IMG/VR virus record: IMGVR_UViG_3300012209_000005
Span: 32,001 to 96,000 of that record
DNA: 64,000 nt
Strand: one strand, 5' to 3'
Source of the DNA: a virus
Part shown: piece by piece, positions 63,858-64,000 of the stretch
Layout of the letters: each line of letters opens with the position of its first letter
How positions within the stretch are numbered: the stretch's first letter is position 1
The notes under the pieces: generated by a model
Seen by the model: the letters and a program-made list of their open reading frames with translations, nothing else
Databases searched by the model: none
What the model was told of the DNA's origin: nothing
Made by a program: the position numbers and the translations under genes

Positions 63858-64000
63858 GAACATGAAAGTAATCGTGGAGCAGCGGCACATCGACGCGGGC
63901 AGCCCGTGCACGGAGGCGTGTCCGGTGGCGCTGGCGATCCTGGCGGCGGTCAGCATCGTCCCCTCCGGACAGGACGGGGGGTGGCTGATGCGCCCGCTGC

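Noticed and set aside
1-64000. Integrase, att site, host genes or alternative genetic code
   Set aside because: None seen; genes are intact under code 11 and there is no suppressor tRNA

Overview
High-GC (roughly 65-70% by eye) segment of a large tailed phage, most likely an actinobacteriophage siphovirus. 1-4.5 kb (+): an array of 8 tRNAs, a tmRNA reduced to its tRNA-like domain, a TrmH/SpoU methyltransferase, a dCMP deaminase and Cys-rich micro-ORFs. 4.5-60 kb (almost all -, read right to left): Ro60/TROVE, SWIM, RyR, permuted NlpC/P60, secreted LysM-transglycosylase, terminase, a 1494-aa repeat protein, a portal-MuF-Nudix-ParB fusion, protease/scaffold, major capsid, five paralogous small beta proteins, a sugar-modification cassette, a histone-H1-like protein, major tail, HNH, frameshifting tail chaperones, GT4, tape measure, minor tails, lysis genes and an RNase H-like exonuclease. 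60-64 kb (+): ParB-like, SLOG, metallophosphoesterase and an NDP-sugar dehydrogenase lacking its catalytic Cys. The strongest unexplained signals are (1) a dispersed GAAGC-nnn-GCTTC triloop hairpin repeat, mostly oriented with transcription and sitting inside genes in different frames, (2) the TLD-only tmRNA together with Ro60 and TrmH, (3) a candidate virion glycosylation pathway inside the head and tail modules, and (4) a portal polyprotein with recurring hydrophobic-x-K sites. All calls come from reading motifs by eye; no searches were run.
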